From the NCBI GenBank assembly GCA_965116875.1, contig OZ220733.1:3281803-3345802 (forward strand): a stretch of DNA of 64,000 nucleotides, read 5' to 3'. The stretch is from Candidatus Latescibacterota bacterium. Lineage in GTDB: Bacteria; Latescibacterota; UBA2968; GCA-2709665. Below the pieces are notes generated by a model. It had not been told where the DNA came from. It saw only the letters and a program-made list of their open reading frames with translations, and did no database searches. The first letter of the stretch is position 1, and each line of letters starts with the position of its first letter. A program made the translations under genes and the position numbers. Positions 1-9,471 of the stretch are shown here, piece by piece.

Positions 1-486
1 CTCACGGTACCGCCGTCCGTTCCACCGGACAGGAGCACCATGTCGGGACGCAAATGGCGGATGCGCTCGATCTTCTGGTGGGGCAGGCGCCCGTCGTTGG
101 AAGCGAGCACGTCCATGACGATGGCGCCGGCGCCCAGGGCCGCGCGCTGGGCGCTCTCGCCCGTCATCGCCTGGACTACGCCGCCCACCATCATCTGAAG
201 GCCGCCCCCGGCGCTGCTGGTGGACACATAAATGTCAACGCCCCGGCCGTCTGCCGCGGGCGTGATGATGCGTTCGCCGTCCAGGATGGCGCGCCCGGAG
301 AGTTCCTCGACTTCCTGGATGGCGTTGAGTACGCCACGGGTGACGTCTTCAAACGGAGCTTCGACCGTGGTGGGCGCCTCACCGCGAAAGGTCTGCCGGT
401 AGCATTCCTCCTTTTTCTCGATAAGAATGGCCTTGGTGGTCGTGCTGCCGCAGTCCGTGGCGATGATAACGTCCGGTCTATCCATT
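1..486 (-). CDS. GlmL/MutL-family protein (glutamate-mutase-associated, ASKHA ATPase fold). First 162 codons only; the gene runs off the window start.
   Basis: My reverse translation from ATG 486..484 gives MDRPDVIIATDCGSTTTKAILIEKKEECYRQTFRGEAPTTVEAPFEDVTRGVLNAIQEVEE...MVLLSGGTDGGTV. The DCGSTTTKA and SGGTDGG motifs fit this family. Track ORF 54..590(+) is its antisense shadow. Confidence 0.6.
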
Positions 487-804
487 CATTCGGTTTTCCG
501 TCTCCACAAGGGTATCGATCAGTGTCTGGACGCTCTGCCGTTTCTCCAGAAAACGCACGAATCGACCGTATTCCGCGCCTGAGAAGATAAGGGTGACAAA
601 GGGAGAAAGAAAAGCCAAAAACTGACTGCCTATAAAGTTGAACGGCCGTCCGGCCTCCAGAACCATCAACGCGGGAGTGGTCATCTGCCTGCGAACCACG
701 AATTCCGCCATTTTGGCCGCCAGAGCGCGCTCTTCCTCCGTGATTCGGCTTTCCGGAGGGTTGACGGCGAAAGCGTGTTCGCACCAGGTTCTAAGGCGTT
801 GCAT
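478..804 (-). CDS. Small hypothetical protein with one hydrophobic segment
   Basis: Track ORF 478..981(-). The C-terminal ~108 aa (MQRLRTW...FNFIGSQFLAFLSPFVTLIFSG...ETENRMNG) look protein-like. Its stop overlaps the ATG of the GlmL-like gene (ATGGATAG). Start uncertain (804 or 711). Confidence 0.35.
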   Translation of the reverse strand: MQRLRTWCEHAFAVNPPESRITEEERALAAKMAEFVVRRQMTTPALMVLEAGRPFNFIGSQFLAFLSPFVTLIFSGAEYGRFVRFLEKRQSVQTLIDTLVETENRMNG

Positions 805-1231
805 CCGCGAGGCGGGTCTGGACGTACTCAATGATTTCCTCCCGATTGTCACGAACGCGCAGGAAACAGCCTCGAAACGGATCGAGTCTGTGAGGTTGAA
901 CGAACGGGCTGAGATGGACGCCGTCTCGGACGACGGTATGCCGGCGAATCCGGTTCCACGGAATGGTCCGCCTTGCGCCAAGGTGCGCTATGAGGATGTG
1001 ACTTTCCAGGAGTGCGTATCTTGTGGGGAGGAAGTAACGGGACATGGATGCCATGAGCAGCGCCGCCGCCAGAAAACCGTATGACGGCGCACCGAATTCA
1101 AGGGCAATCAGAACCGACAACCCCAGGATAACCAGGATGAGCAAGCCGGTCTTCGCCGGCGGTTCTTCCAGGAGGGGATGGACCGTCCAGCGGAGGTCGG
1201 CTGCCGGTTCGGTCGTCTTCGGTGTATGCAT
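791..1231 (-). CDS. Hypothetical membrane protein
   Basis: Track ORF, 146 aa. Long hydrophobic stretch GLLILVILGLSVLIALEFGAPSYGFLAAALLMASM followed by a soluble C-terminal part. Same strand as its neighbours and tightly spaced. Confidence 0.5.
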   Translation of the reverse strand: MHTPKTTEPAADLRWTVHPLLEEPPAKTGLLILVILGLSVLIALEFGAPSYGFLAAALLMASMSRYFLPTRYALLESHILIAHLGARRTIPWNRIRRHTVVRDGVHLSPFVQPHRLDPFRGCFLRVRDNREEIIEYVQTRLADATP

Positions 1232-1282
1232 GCTTTCATGGTGCCGGCAAGGAGTCAGTTGGTTGGGTTTATCGAATTGAGA

Positions 1283-2158
1283 TTAAATGATGCGGCGGAC
1301 GATGCGGGGTTGGCGCAGGCCGTCTCCCATGTTCCAGGATTCGGTGCCGTACCTGGTTTCAACGAGAAGTTCGGCGTCGGCCGTTTCCTCGGGAGACAAC
1401 GCGGATTCGCTCAGGGTGACGTCCAGGGTCTCTTCAAAACCGCCTCGAAGGGCGTGCGCCACCCTGTTGAAGTCAGCCGGGCGGCCCGCTTCCGAAAGGG
1501 AGACGGTGTGCCGGTCCAGTTCCCGCCGAAATCTCTCCTTCAGAGGCTTGCGGCGGTCCGGCATGAGATCGATGAGACGTTTGTGTTCCGGGCCCAGAAG
1601 AAGGGAGCCGTGTTGAAGCAGTACGCCGCCCAGACGCCGCTGTGCGCTGCCGATGATTTTCCTGTCGTTGAGCGTCACTTCATACTGTGTGGTACTCGAA
1701 AAGCAGGGTGAGGTGAGGCCCTCTCCACGAGGAGACGAGACCGGAGTACGCCGCGGCTCGAACCGGGCGTCCACGCCGAGGAGTCGCAGGCTTGCAACCA
1801 GGCAGGCGCTGATTTTCCGGTAGGACTCCTGAATGGAGCCGCCCAGCAGCGGGTCGTCGGCGCGGCAGGTGACGCTGTACGTGAGTTCGTTCCAATGAAG
1901 GACGGCGCGCCCGCCGCTCGGCCGGCGGACAAGCTGGATACCGCGCTGCCGGCATCGGTCCGCGTCGACTTCACGGCCGATCCTCTGGGCGTAGCCGAAA
2001 GAGACGGCGGGCGGCGTCCAGCCGAACGTCCGGACCGTGGGTGGCGACGTATCCCCCTCAACGCCGCGCACAATGGCTTCGTCCACGGCCATATTGAAGA
2101 AGGCGTTTCCCGACCCGGTGTTCAGGAAACGCCACGGACGCGATCCGGTTTTCCGCAT
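1283..2158 (-). CDS. Lipoate-protein ligase / octanoyltransferase family protein (BPL/LplA/LipB catalytic domain)
   Basis: 291 aa. FNMAVDEAI, VRTFGWTPPAVSFGYAQ, GIQLVRRPSGGRAVLH and KIIGSAQRR match the LplA/LipM-type catalytic domain from memory. Confidence 0.7.
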   Translation of the reverse strand: MRKTGSRPWRFLNTGSGNAFFNMAVDEAIVRGVEGDTSPPTVRTFGWTPPAVSFGYAQRIGREVDADRCRQRGIQLVRRPSGGRAVLHWNELTYSVTCRADDPLLGGSIQESYRKISACLVASLRLLGVDARFEPRRTPVSSPRGEGLTSPCFSSTTQYEVTLNDRKIIGSAQRRLGGVLLQHGSLLLGPEHKRLIDLMPDRRKPLKERFRRELDRHTVSLSEAGRPADFNRVAHALRGGFEETLDVTLSESALSPEETADAELLVETRYGTESWNMGDGLRQPRIVRRII

Positions 2159-2161
2159 GAA

Positions 2162-2791
2162 TCAGGAGACTCCCAGCTTCTGCAACGCCTCTTTCGCGGC
2201 CATCTGTTGTGCCTCTTTCTTGCTTCGCCCCTTTCCGAAGCCCATTCGTTCGCCGGCGATCAACACCTCGACACTGAACGTCTTGTGGTGGTCCGGCCCC
2301 TCTTCGGAACTGACCAGGTAGCGGGGGTGTCCCCGGCCTTCGCCCTGCGTATGCTCCAGAAGGACGCTCTTGAAGTTGAGATAGCTGCTATTGGCGACAA
2401 TTGGATCGATATTGCTCAGGAGGTGGCTCTGAACGACAGTGTCCGCGGCCTTGAGCCCGCCGTCGAGATAGACGGCGCCCAGAATTGCCTCGAAAGTATC
2501 TCCGATGATCGACGTCCGGTCTCTCCCTCCCGCCAGATCCTCTTCCTTGCTGAGCAGGACGTGGTGGCCGAGTCCGATCGCGCGGCCCCGTTGTGCGAGA
2601 ATGACTTTGCTGACGAGGACCGACTTGATCTGCGTGAGGTCGCCTTCACGTTTGTTTTGAAACTTCCGATACAGGTTCTCCGTGACCAGCAGGTCCAGTA
2701 CGGCGTCGCCGAGAAACTCGAGCCGTTCGTTCGACGCGATGCTTCCTTCGCCAACGGCGTAGGCGTAGGAGCGGTGTTTGATCGCCTGCAC
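2162..2791 (-). CDS. rnc: Ribonuclease III
   Basis: RNase III signature ERLEFLGDAVLDL, GDTFEAILGAVYLDGG, and a C-terminal dsRBD (GPDHHKTFSVEV...GKGRSKKEAQQMAAKEAL). Coordinates use the first canonical start (GTG 2791). In-frame upstream codons encode ESLQEKLGYRFSDPDLL, so the true start is probably upstream, up to about 2911 (see findings). Confidence 0.9.
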   Translation of the reverse strand: MQAIKHRSYAYAVGEGSIASNERLEFLGDAVLDLLVTENLYRKFQNKREGDLTQIKSVLVSKVILAQRGRAIGLGHHVLLSKEEDLAGGRDRTSIIGDTFEAILGAVYLDGGLKAADTVVQSHLLSNIDPIVANSSYLNFKSVLLEHTQGEGRGHPRYLVSSEEGPDHHKTFSVEVLIAGERMGFGKGRSKKEAQQMAAKEALQKLGVS

Positions 2792-2930
2792 AAGGAGATC
2801 GGGATCCGAAAAACGATAGCCGAGTTTTTCCTGGAGACTTTCCGGGGTATGCGCTGCCCGGTCGCGCCCGAGCCAGCGTGCAACCGTATGTCTGATTCTG
2901 ACAAGTCCGATGAGCTTTACCCTGCGGGAG

Positions 2931-4190
2931 TTATCGGCCGTCGTACCTGCGCATCGCGAGCACCGCGTTGTGCCCGCCGAACCCGAAGGAGTTGTTTATT
3001 GCCGCACGGACCGGCATTTCCCGTGCCGTATTGGGCACGTAGTCGAGGTCGCACTCCGGATCGGGATGTTCGTAGTTGATGGTGGGTGGCACGCGGCCGT
3101 GATGGATGGCCAGGAGGCAGGCGATGCTCTCGATTGCGCCGGAGGCGCCCAGAAGATGGCCCGTCATGGATTTGGTGGAGCTGACCGCGGTTTTTTCCGC
3201 GTGATCACCCAGGACGGATTTAATGGCCGCGGTTTCGGTCCGGTCGCCTATCGGAGTCGACGTGCCGTGGGCATTGATGTAGTCCACGTCCTCCGGGTTC
3301 AATCCTGCCTGATTCAGGGCGATTCTCATCGCGCGGGCGCCGCCCTCGCCGCCCGGGGCCATGTCGGTAACGTGATATGCGTCTGCAGTGAAGCCTGCGC
3401 CGGCGATCTCGGCGTAAATCCGTGCGCCCCGCCGCCGCGCGTGTTCCAGTTCTTCGAGGATGAGCGCGCCGCACCCCTCGCCCAGCACGAATCCGTCACG
3501 CTCCAGGTCGAATGGACGGCTGGCCCCCTGCGGGTCGTCGTTGCGCGTGGAAAGCGCCTTCATGGAAGCGAAACCCCCCAGCGACATGGCGCTGACGGCC
3601 GCTTCGGCGCCACCCGTAACCATGACGTCGGCTTCGTCGTGGCGGATCTCCCTGAAAGCGCACCCGATGGCGTGCGCGGCGGAGGAACAGGCGGACACGG
3701 TGGTGTAGTTCGGCCCTCTGGCGCCGAGCAGGATGGAGACCTGCCCCGACGTCATGTCCGGGATCATCATGGGGATGAAGAACGGGCTGATCCGCCGTGC
3801 GCCCTTCTCGAGGAGGACGGTGTGTTGATCTTCGAACGTCCAGATACCGCCGATGCCCGAGCCGAAAATTACGCCCATCCGGTCGGAGTCTCCGGCGTCC
3901 ACGTCCAGGTCGGCGTCCGTTACAGCCGTCCGCGCGCAACAGATGGCATACTGGGTGCACAGATCGTTGCGCCTGGCCAGTCTGCGGTCGAGACCGAACC
4001 GCTCGGCGTCGAAATCCTTCAGTTCGGCTCCGAATGTAACCCGGAATCCTGTCGTATCGAATCTGCGGATGTGATCGACGCCGCTCTCTCCATTGAGCAA
4101 CGCCTCCCAGTAGGCTTCGGTGTTCATTCCATTCGGCGCAAGGACGCCGAGGCCTGTGACCACAACCCTTCGGTTTCCGTTCAAGGGCAC
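2931..4190 (-). CDS. fabF: Beta-ketoacyl-ACP synthase II
   Basis: 419 aa. RVVVTGLGVLAPNG, active-site Cys context VSACSSAAHAIG, HGTSTPIGD, GHLLGASG, SFGFGGHN. Sits directly downstream of acpP. Confidence 0.95.
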   Translation of the reverse strand: MPLNGNRRVVVTGLGVLAPNGMNTEAYWEALLNGESGVDHIRRFDTTGFRVTFGAELKDFDAERFGLDRRLARRNDLCTQYAICCARTAVTDADLDVDAGDSDRMGVIFGSGIGGIWTFEDQHTVLLEKGARRISPFFIPMMIPDMTSGQVSILLGARGPNYTTVSACSSAAHAIGCAFREIRHDEADVMVTGGAEAAVSAMSLGGFASMKALSTRNDDPQGASRPFDLERDGFVLGEGCGALILEELEHARRRGARIYAEIAGAGFTADAYHVTDMAPGGEGGARAMRIALNQAGLNPEDVDYINAHGTSTPIGDRTETAAIKSVLGDHAEKTAVSSTKSMTGHLLGASGAIESIACLLAIHHGRVPPTINYEHPDPECDLDYVPNTAREMPVRAAINNSFGFGGHNAVLAMRRYDGR

Positions 4191-4227
4191 CTTCTCCTGA
4201 TTGTCGTGTCTGCGCAGGCGCGGCCGT

Positions 4228-4470
4228 CTATTCGTTCAGGCGTTTCTTGAGATAATCCGTGACGTCGCTCACGGTCTCCAGCTTCTCGGCGTCTTCATCG
4301 GGAACTTCCATGTCAAATTCCTCTTCGAAGGCCATCACCAGTTCGACCGTGTCGAGGGAATCCGCGCCAAGATCATCTATGAAATGGGCCTCCGGAGTTA
4401 CGCTGTCGGCATCCACACCCAGCTGATCAACGATGAGATCGACGACTTTCTGCTGAATATTTTCAGCCAT
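4228..4470 (-). CDS. acpP: Acyl carrier protein
   Basis: 80 aa. [20 protein letters not shown] with the phosphopantetheine Ser in DSLD. Located between fabG and fabF. Confidence 0.95.
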   Translation of the reverse strand: MAENIQQKVVDLIVDQLGVDADSVTPEAHFIDDLGADSLDTVELVMAFEEEFDMEVPDEDAEKLETVSDVTDYLKKRLNE

Positions 4471-4733
4471 GGCAACTGTCTCCCTTTTTATGAAGTTGTT
4501 TTAAAATTACCGGTGAGTTCCCGAGCGCGAGCGAAAAAGTGGCGGTCAAGGCGGGAAAACCCGCCCATATTTGTCTATACGGGTGGGTTTGACCAACGCT
4601 GACCGGCGCTTTTGCAGCCGTGCGAAGACCGCTGGGAATTTTAAGACAGCTTCTTATTGCAAACGACGGGTCACGCCGTACGGCCCGGCGCAACTCTCCG
4701 TTCGCGTCTGGCGTCAGATTTTTCACGATTGGC

Positions 4734-5480
4734 TTACATGACCATCCCGCCGTCCACAACCAGGACCTGCCCGGTGATATACGCGGCGTCGGCGGAGGCC
4801 AGAAACGCGACCGCCGCCGCGATATCTTCGGGAGTTCCCGGCGTGCCCAGGGGGACCTGTTCAAGAATCTTCTCTTTGAGTTGTTCCGGGAGTTTTTCCG
4901 TCATTTCGGTGGGAATATATCCAGGCGCGACTACGTTGGCAGTGATGCCCCTGCTCGCCATTTCTTTGGCGGCGGTCTTTGTGAGCCCGATAAGCCCGGA
5001 TTTTGCGGCGGTGTACCCGGCCTGTCCGGGGTTTCCCATCAGTCCCGTTACGGATGAGATATTGATGATCCGCCCGGACCGCGCTCTCATCATCGGTCGC
5101 ACGGCGGCCTGCATACACAAAAATGCGCCCTTGAGGTTGACGTTGAGAACAGCGTCCCAGTCACCCGGTTTCAGTCGCATCAGCAAACCGTCGCGCGCAA
5201 TTCCGGCATTGTTGACCAGAATGTCCAACCCGCCCCAGCGGTCCAGGACGGCCTTGAAGAGCCCGACTACGTCGGTGGCGTTCGAAACGTCCGCCTTCAG
5301 TGCAAGCGCGCTCCCGCCGCGGTTCTCGATGGCTTCGGCCACCGCCTGTGCGCTGTCGAGGCTCCGGCTGGAGCACACCGCCACTCTTGCGCCTTCTTCG
5401 GCCAGGCGGTTGGCGATGGCCTCGCCGATGCCGCGGGATCCGCCCGTAACGATCGCGGTCCTGTCCTTTAGTCGATTCAT
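4734..5480 (-). CDS. fabG: 3-oxoacyl-ACP reductase
   Basis: SDR motifs AIVTGGSRGIG, NNAG, YTAAKSG. I trimmed track ORF 4734..5636 to the ATG giving MNRLKDRTAIVTGG. There is a 4-nt overlap with the fabD stop. Confidence 0.9.
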   Translation of the reverse strand: MNRLKDRTAIVTGGSRGIGEAIANRLAEEGARVAVCSSRSLDSAQAVAEAIENRGGSALALKADVSNATDVVGLFKAVLDRWGGLDILVNNAGIARDGLLMRLKPGDWDAVLNVNLKGAFLCMQAAVRPMMRARSGRIINISSVTGLMGNPGQAGYTAAKSGLIGLTKTAAKEMASRGITANVVAPGYIPTEMTEKLPEQLKEKILEQVPLGTPGTPEDIAAAVAFLASADAAYITGQVLVVDGGMVM

Positions 5481-6397
5481 ACCGTAAGACTGTCCAGGTC
5501 CTCGAGGGTTCCGACGGATGATACGGCGACCCCCTTTTCGATGCGCCGCATCAGGGCTTTCAACGTACTTCCCGGTCCGGCTTCGATGGCGCGGTCGACG
5601 CCTTCGGCAACCAGCCGCGTCATCGAAGCCGTCCATCGGACGGGAGAGACGACCTGCCTGATGAGAAGGTCTTTGAGCAAATGCGGATCGGTCGTGGGTT
5701 CCGCCGTCGTGTTCGGCACAACCGGAACACGCGCCGCCGAGAACGGAACGTTTGCAAGGGCGCCTTCAAGCGTGCCAAGGGCGGATTGCATGAGACCCGA
5801 GTGAAAGGCGCCGCTGACCTGGAGTTCCACAACCCTCCTGGCGCCTTCGGCCGATGCCTTCTTCATGGCCCGTTTCGCGGAGGTCGGCTCGCCTGAGATG
5901 ACGACCTGACCGGGGCAGTTGAAGTTTGCGGGCACGACCACGACGCCGGGCCCCAGCGATTCGCAAATGTTCACGACCGCACCGTCCTCCAGGCCTATGA
6001 TGGCCGCCATCGTACCAGGGTGCATTTTCCCCGCCGCGTGCATGGCTCGCCCGCGGATACCCACGATCCGGACACCGTCTTCCAGGGACATGACCCCGGC
6101 GGCGACAAGGGCCGCCAGCTCTCCCACGCTGTGTCCTGCCACGAAATCCGGGTGGATGCCCCTGTCTTTCAGGATTTCGAAAACCGAGATGCTGTGCGCG
6201 AAGATGGCCGGCTGCGTGATGGCCGTCTGTTTCAGGGTTTCTTCAGGGCCGTCGAAACAGAACGTCTTCAGTCCTGTCTCGGAGATGCGGTCGGTCAGAT
6301 TGAATACGTACTGGGCGATCGGTGAGGCGCTGTAAAGATCGCTGGCCATCCCAACGTATTGCGAACCCTGGCCGGGGAATAGGAATGCTAGGGACAT
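5477..6397 (-). CDS. fabD: Malonyl-CoA-ACP transacylase
   Basis: FLFPGQGSQYVGM and the GHSVGE nucleophile elbow. Track ORF trimmed to ATG 6397 (MSLAFLFPGQGSQ). Confidence 0.9.
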   Translation of the reverse strand: MSLAFLFPGQGSQYVGMASDLYSASPIAQYVFNLTDRISETGLKTFCFDGPEETLKQTAITQPAIFAHSISVFEILKDRGIHPDFVAGHSVGELAALVAAGVMSLEDGVRIVGIRGRAMHAAGKMHPGTMAAIIGLEDGAVVNICESLGPGVVVVPANFNCPGQVVISGEPTSAKRAMKKASAEGARRVVELQVSGAFHSGLMQSALGTLEGALANVPFSAARVPVVPNTTAEPTTDPHLLKDLLIRQVVSPVRWTASMTRLVAEGVDRAIEAGPGSTLKALMRRIEKGVAVSSVGTLEDLDSLTV

Positions 6398-6455
6398 GAC
6401 GGTCCAGATACGTTTCTGCTTGTGGATTCCAACCACCGGCTCCCAGATGAGTGCA

Positions 6456-7457
6456 TCAGTACGCCCACTTCAACAGGGCGCTTCCCCACGTATAGCCGGC
6501 CCCGGCGCTTGCCAGTACAATATAGTCACCCTGCTTCACCCGGTCCTGTTCAACCGCTTCGGAAAGGGCGATGGGGATTGTGCCGCATGTCGTGTTCGCA
6601 TATTTATCGATGTTGACCAGTACGCGTTCGGGAGCCAGCTTCATCCGGCGTGCCGTTGCGTCGATGATGCGCTTATTCGCCTGGTGTGGTACCAGCAGGG
6701 CGATATCGTTGCCGCTGAGGCCGTTTCGTTCCAGCAAATCCGCCGAAACCGCCGCCATGCTGCTGCTGGCGAACTTGAGCACGCGAGGCCCGTCCTGGTG
6801 AACGAAATGCATTTTCCTGTCGATCGTCTCGTGGCTTGCGGGATGCAGGCTGCCGCCGGCCGGCTGGCATAGATACTGGCCGCCGGATCCGTCCACGTTG
6901 AGGATAAAGTCCAGGACGCCGGCACCGGTCTCGTCGGGTTCCAGAAGGACTGCCCCCGCGCCGTCCCCGAACAGGACGCAGGTTTCCCGGTTGGTGTAGT
7001 CGACGACGGAACTCATTTTGTCGGAGCCGATGACCACCACTTTCCTGTGGGCTCCGCTTTCGATAAACTGGCCGCCTACGACCAGGGCGTAGAGGAACCC
7101 GCAGCAGGCTGCGGAAAGGTCGAACCCCCACGCGTTGTCGGCCCCCACGTCGTTCTGAACCAGGCAGGCGGTAGCCGGATACACCATGTCCGGCGTCACC
7201 GTTGCAACGATAATCAGGTCGATTTCACTGGCGTCCAGACCCTTTTGTTCGAGCAGGGATTCCATCGCGCCGGTAGCCATGTGAGAGGCACCCAGGCCGT
7301 CATCGAGGATGCGGCGTTCTGCAATACCCGTTCGTGATCGAATCCATTCGTCCGAGGTATCCACGATCTTTTCAAGGTCGGCATTCGTCAGCCGGCGTTC
7401 GGGGAGAAAGCGGGAGACACCGGTGACGGAAGCATGGACTTTTTTGTTCATAGGCAA
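6456..7457 (-). CDS. fabH: Beta-ketoacyl-ACP synthase III
   Basis: 333 aa. DTSDEWIRSRTGIAERR, active Cys context AACCGF, VPHQANKRI, GNTTCGTIP. Confidence 0.9.
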   Translation of the reverse strand: MPMNKKVHASVTGVSRFLPERRLTNADLEKIVDTSDEWIRSRTGIAERRILDDGLGASHMATGAMESLLEQKGLDASEIDLIIVATVTPDMVYPATACLVQNDVGADNAWGFDLSAACCGFLYALVVGGQFIESGAHRKVVVIGSDKMSSVVDYTNRETCVLFGDGAGAVLLEPDETGAGVLDFILNVDGSGGQYLCQPAGGSLHPASHETIDRKMHFVHQDGPRVLKFASSSMAAVSADLLERNGLSGNDIALLVPHQANKRIIDATARRMKLAPERVLVNIDKYANTTCGTIPIALSEAVEQDRVKQGDYIVLASAGAGYTWGSALLKWAY

Positions 7458-7506
7458 GAATTGGGATTCAGGAAACGACGAACAGAAAATCTGCCGGCTA
7501 CGGCAA

Positions 7507-7689
7507 TCAGACGCTTTCGCCTTCGGTTACCTCGCGGCCGTTGTATTGTCCGCAGTTGGAGCAGACCCGGTGAGGCCTGCGCGGCTGGCCGCAGTTCGGA
7601 CAGTCGGAGAAAGCGGGTCTCGAAAGCTTCCAGTGGGTACGTCGCTTGCCGGTTCTGGAATTGGAGCTTCTGCGTTTCGGGTGCGCCAT
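7507..7689 (-). CDS. rpmF: 50S ribosomal protein L32
   Basis: 60 aa. [21 protein letters not shown] plus a CPNCG...CSNCG zinc ribbon. Confidence 0.9.
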   Translation of the reverse strand: MAHPKRRSSNSRTGKRRTHWKLSRPAFSDCPNCGQPRRPHRVCSNCGQYNGREVTEGESV

Positions 7690-7703
7690 TTTGAAATGCT
7701 CCT

Positions 7704-8216
7704 TCAGGACTCGTCTTTAAATGCTCTCAGGGCTTCCCAACGGGGGTCGGTTTCTGATGACGAACAGTTGCACTGTGTCTGGTTGAGGTTCTCTCCGCAG
7801 ATTGGGCAAAGCCCCTCGCAGGACGTCTTGCACAGGGGGTTCAACGGCATTTCCAACAGGATATAGTCCTTTATTTCTTCGCCAAGGTCCACCTTGTCTC
7901 CGGATTCATCCAGCCATATCATCGTTTCGTCTTCATCATCCCTCATGGACTCGGGACGATTTTTCTGAAAGACGAACTTGAAATCGGAGGAGAGGGAGAA
8001 CGATACGGGTTCCAGGCAGCGAACGCACTCGAGCCGAAGGTCGGCATTCGTCCGGCCGCTTGCCGATATGGACTCGCCGATCTTGACGAACTCGATTCGC
8101 GTCCTTATTGGACCCGCGAATTGCAGGTCCTCATCCTGGATATGCAACTCTTCCGGGGTTTCCTCCCAGTCCAGGCTGGCCTTGCCTTCTTCGAGTTCGT
8201 TGAGCGCAATAATCAT
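7704..8216 (-). CDS. yceD: YceD/DUF177 family protein
   Basis: 170 aa, acidic, with LECVRCLEP and CPICGENL...CNC cysteine pairs. Sits in the classical position immediately upstream of rpmF. Confidence 0.8.
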   Translation of the reverse strand: MIIALNELEEGKASLDWEETPEELHIQDEDLQFAGPIRTRIEFVKIGESISASGRTNADLRLECVRCLEPVSFSLSSDFKFVFQKNRPESMRDDEDETMIWLDESGDKVDLGEEIKDYILLEMPLNPLCKTSCEGLCPICGENLNQTQCNCSSSETDPRWEALRAFKDES

Positions 8217-8249
8217 CGATATTTCCGACGTGGACGACTTGCGTCTGTT

Positions 8250-8666
8250 CTATACGCGTTCGCCGAAGAAAAAGGCGATCTCCCAGGTCGCGGTTTCAAG
8301 CGAGTCTGACGCGTGTACGGCGTTACGCTGGACGGTCGTGCCGAAATCTCTGCGAATGGTGCCTTCTGCCGCTTTCGCTGAATCGGTGACGCCTATGATT
8401 TCGCGAAGCACCGACACCGCGTCTTCCCGTTCCAGCGCGAGCGGGACAACGGGACCCGAAGACATGAAGTCGATCAGGCCGTCAAAAAAAGGTTGTCCCT
8501 CGTGTACAGCGTAGAACCGGGTGGCCTCCTCACGCGTGAACCGCGTCATTCTCATCCGTCGAACCTTGAACCCCTTGCCTTCCACACGTTTCAGTATGGC
8601 GCCGATGACATTCCGGGAAACCGCGTCCGGCTTGATGATCAACAATGTTCGTTCCTGCATCGACAC
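8250..8666 (-). CDS. ndk: Nucleoside diphosphate kinase
   Basis: 138 aa. ERTLLIIKPDAV, FYAVHEGQPFF, NAVHASDS (catalytic His). Confidence 0.95.
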   Translation of the reverse strand: MSMQERTLLIIKPDAVSRNVIGAILKRVEGKGFKVRRMRMTRFTREEATRFYAVHEGQPFFDGLIDFMSSGPVVPLALEREDAVSVLREIIGVTDSAKAAEGTIRRDFGTTVQRNAVHASDSLETATWEIAFFFGERV

Positions 8667-8723
8667 CCGCGCTTTCCGTCCGGCTCCTGGAGGGCGATTT
8701 CGCGTATCACGCTGAAGATGAAG

Positions 8724-8752
8724 AAGATAGATTTTCTCCGGGGATTTGTCAA
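8724..8752 (-). promoter_or_regulatory. Candidate sigma70-type promoter for ndk
   Basis: On the minus strand, TTGACA (8752..8747), a 17-nt spacer, then TATCTT (8729..8724). This lies about 55 nt upstream of the ndk ATG. Sequence pattern only. Confidence 0.3.
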
Positions 8753-8773
8753 TATCAAACTTCGATTTTGCGC

Positions 8774-9000
8774 AGTCAGCCGTCAGCCATCAGCGGTCGG
8801 GAAACAAGCTATCAGCAGTCAGCCGTCAGCTAAAGACGAAAAGCAAAACCAAGATCCACCGCTCCTCACCGCCCAGACCTCTCTCCCCGGCCCTCTTGGA
8901 AGCAGCTATCAGCCGTCAGCGGTCAGCAGTCAGCTAAAGGCGAAAGTCAAGGTCCAAAGCAAACCATCCGCCCGGCCCCGCAGACCTCTCTCCCCGGCCC
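8774..9000. repeat. Mosaic repeat: two tracts of TCAGC-containing heptamers (8774..8834, 8903..8935), each followed by a ~70-bp module ending in AGACCTCTCTCCCCGGCCCT
   Basis: Read directly: cagtcagccgtcagccatcagcggtcggg...atcagcagtcagccgtcagctaaag. The module gtcagctaaaggcgaaagtcaaggtccaaagcaaaccatccgcccggccccgcagacctctctccccggccct recurs at 9990..10066, and in diverged form at 8826..8897. Confidence 0.85.
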
Positions 9001-9009
9001 TTCAGAAAC

Positions 9010-9138
9010 GGGGAGACGGGAGAGGGGAGAGGGGAGAGATTGCCTGCCTCGTGAGGCTTCTTCTCGTGCCGGAGGCAAGAAGATTAACCTACCGGGCAAG
9101 GATTTCTTCTAACGTCTTCCGTCTACCCTCTACCCGCC
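9010..9138. repeat. MITE/REP-like hairpin element, copy E1
   Basis: Left arm ggggagacgggagagg...gagagattgcctgcc, core gtgaggcttcttctcgtgccggaggcaag...cgggcaaggatttcttct, right arm ccgtctaccctctaccc. Same architecture as the elements at 12798..12925 and 44927..45052. Confidence 0.7.
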
Positions 9139-9145
9139 TTTATGC

Positions 9146-9471
9146 GACCTCTCTCCCCGGCCCTCTCTCCTAAAGGAAAGAGGGAGAAAGGAAAGGCGTC
9201 GCGTGCCTGTCATCCATAGATACTCTGATTTTCAAGGAAACGCCGCCGGTTTTCCGCTCTCCTCAGCAATCCGCTTCCATTCGATTCTTGCGAGAGTCCG
9301 ATTGCAGAAGTGACAGACGTCAAAGTTACCGCTACTTCTTCCTTTTTCTCCCTTCCTCCAGGAAGGGGGTCAGGAGGTAGGTCCAGTGAGGTTTCCTCTC
9401 ATGCCGCAGGCAAGGGGGAATAAGATGTCCGGCAAGGATAACTTCTGCCGTCTCACCTCTCCCGTCTCACC
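9146..9471. repeat. 326-bp direct repeat, copy 1. Its last ~100 bp is a hairpin element of the E family.
   Basis: Aligns without indels to 10046..10371 (offset exactly 900 bp), with about 19 mismatches by my manual count. Abuts or overlaps the stop codon of the minus-strand gene 9453..9821. Confidence 0.9.

Noticed and set aside
2910-4250. Plus-strand ORF of 446 aa across fabF, and the many 60-170-aa ORFs nested in the fab genes
   Set aside because: The opposite strand encodes an unmistakable FabF. The nested ORFs are compositional artefacts.
4550-4565. Hairpin ggcggg-aaaa-cccgcc between fabG and acpP as a terminator or attenuator
   Set aside because: The stem is only 6 bp and no U-run follows immediately on the coding (minus) strand. 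Not enough evidence for a call.
4734-5636. N-terminal extensions of track ORFs: fabG to 5636, fabD to 6436, bioA to 37777, glcB from 42688, the SDR from 34580, and the patatin paralogue to 62445
   Set aside because: The extensions overlap upstream genes or are low complexity. Internal ATGs reproduce the conserved family N-termini, often with an RBS or a 4-nt stop/start overlap.
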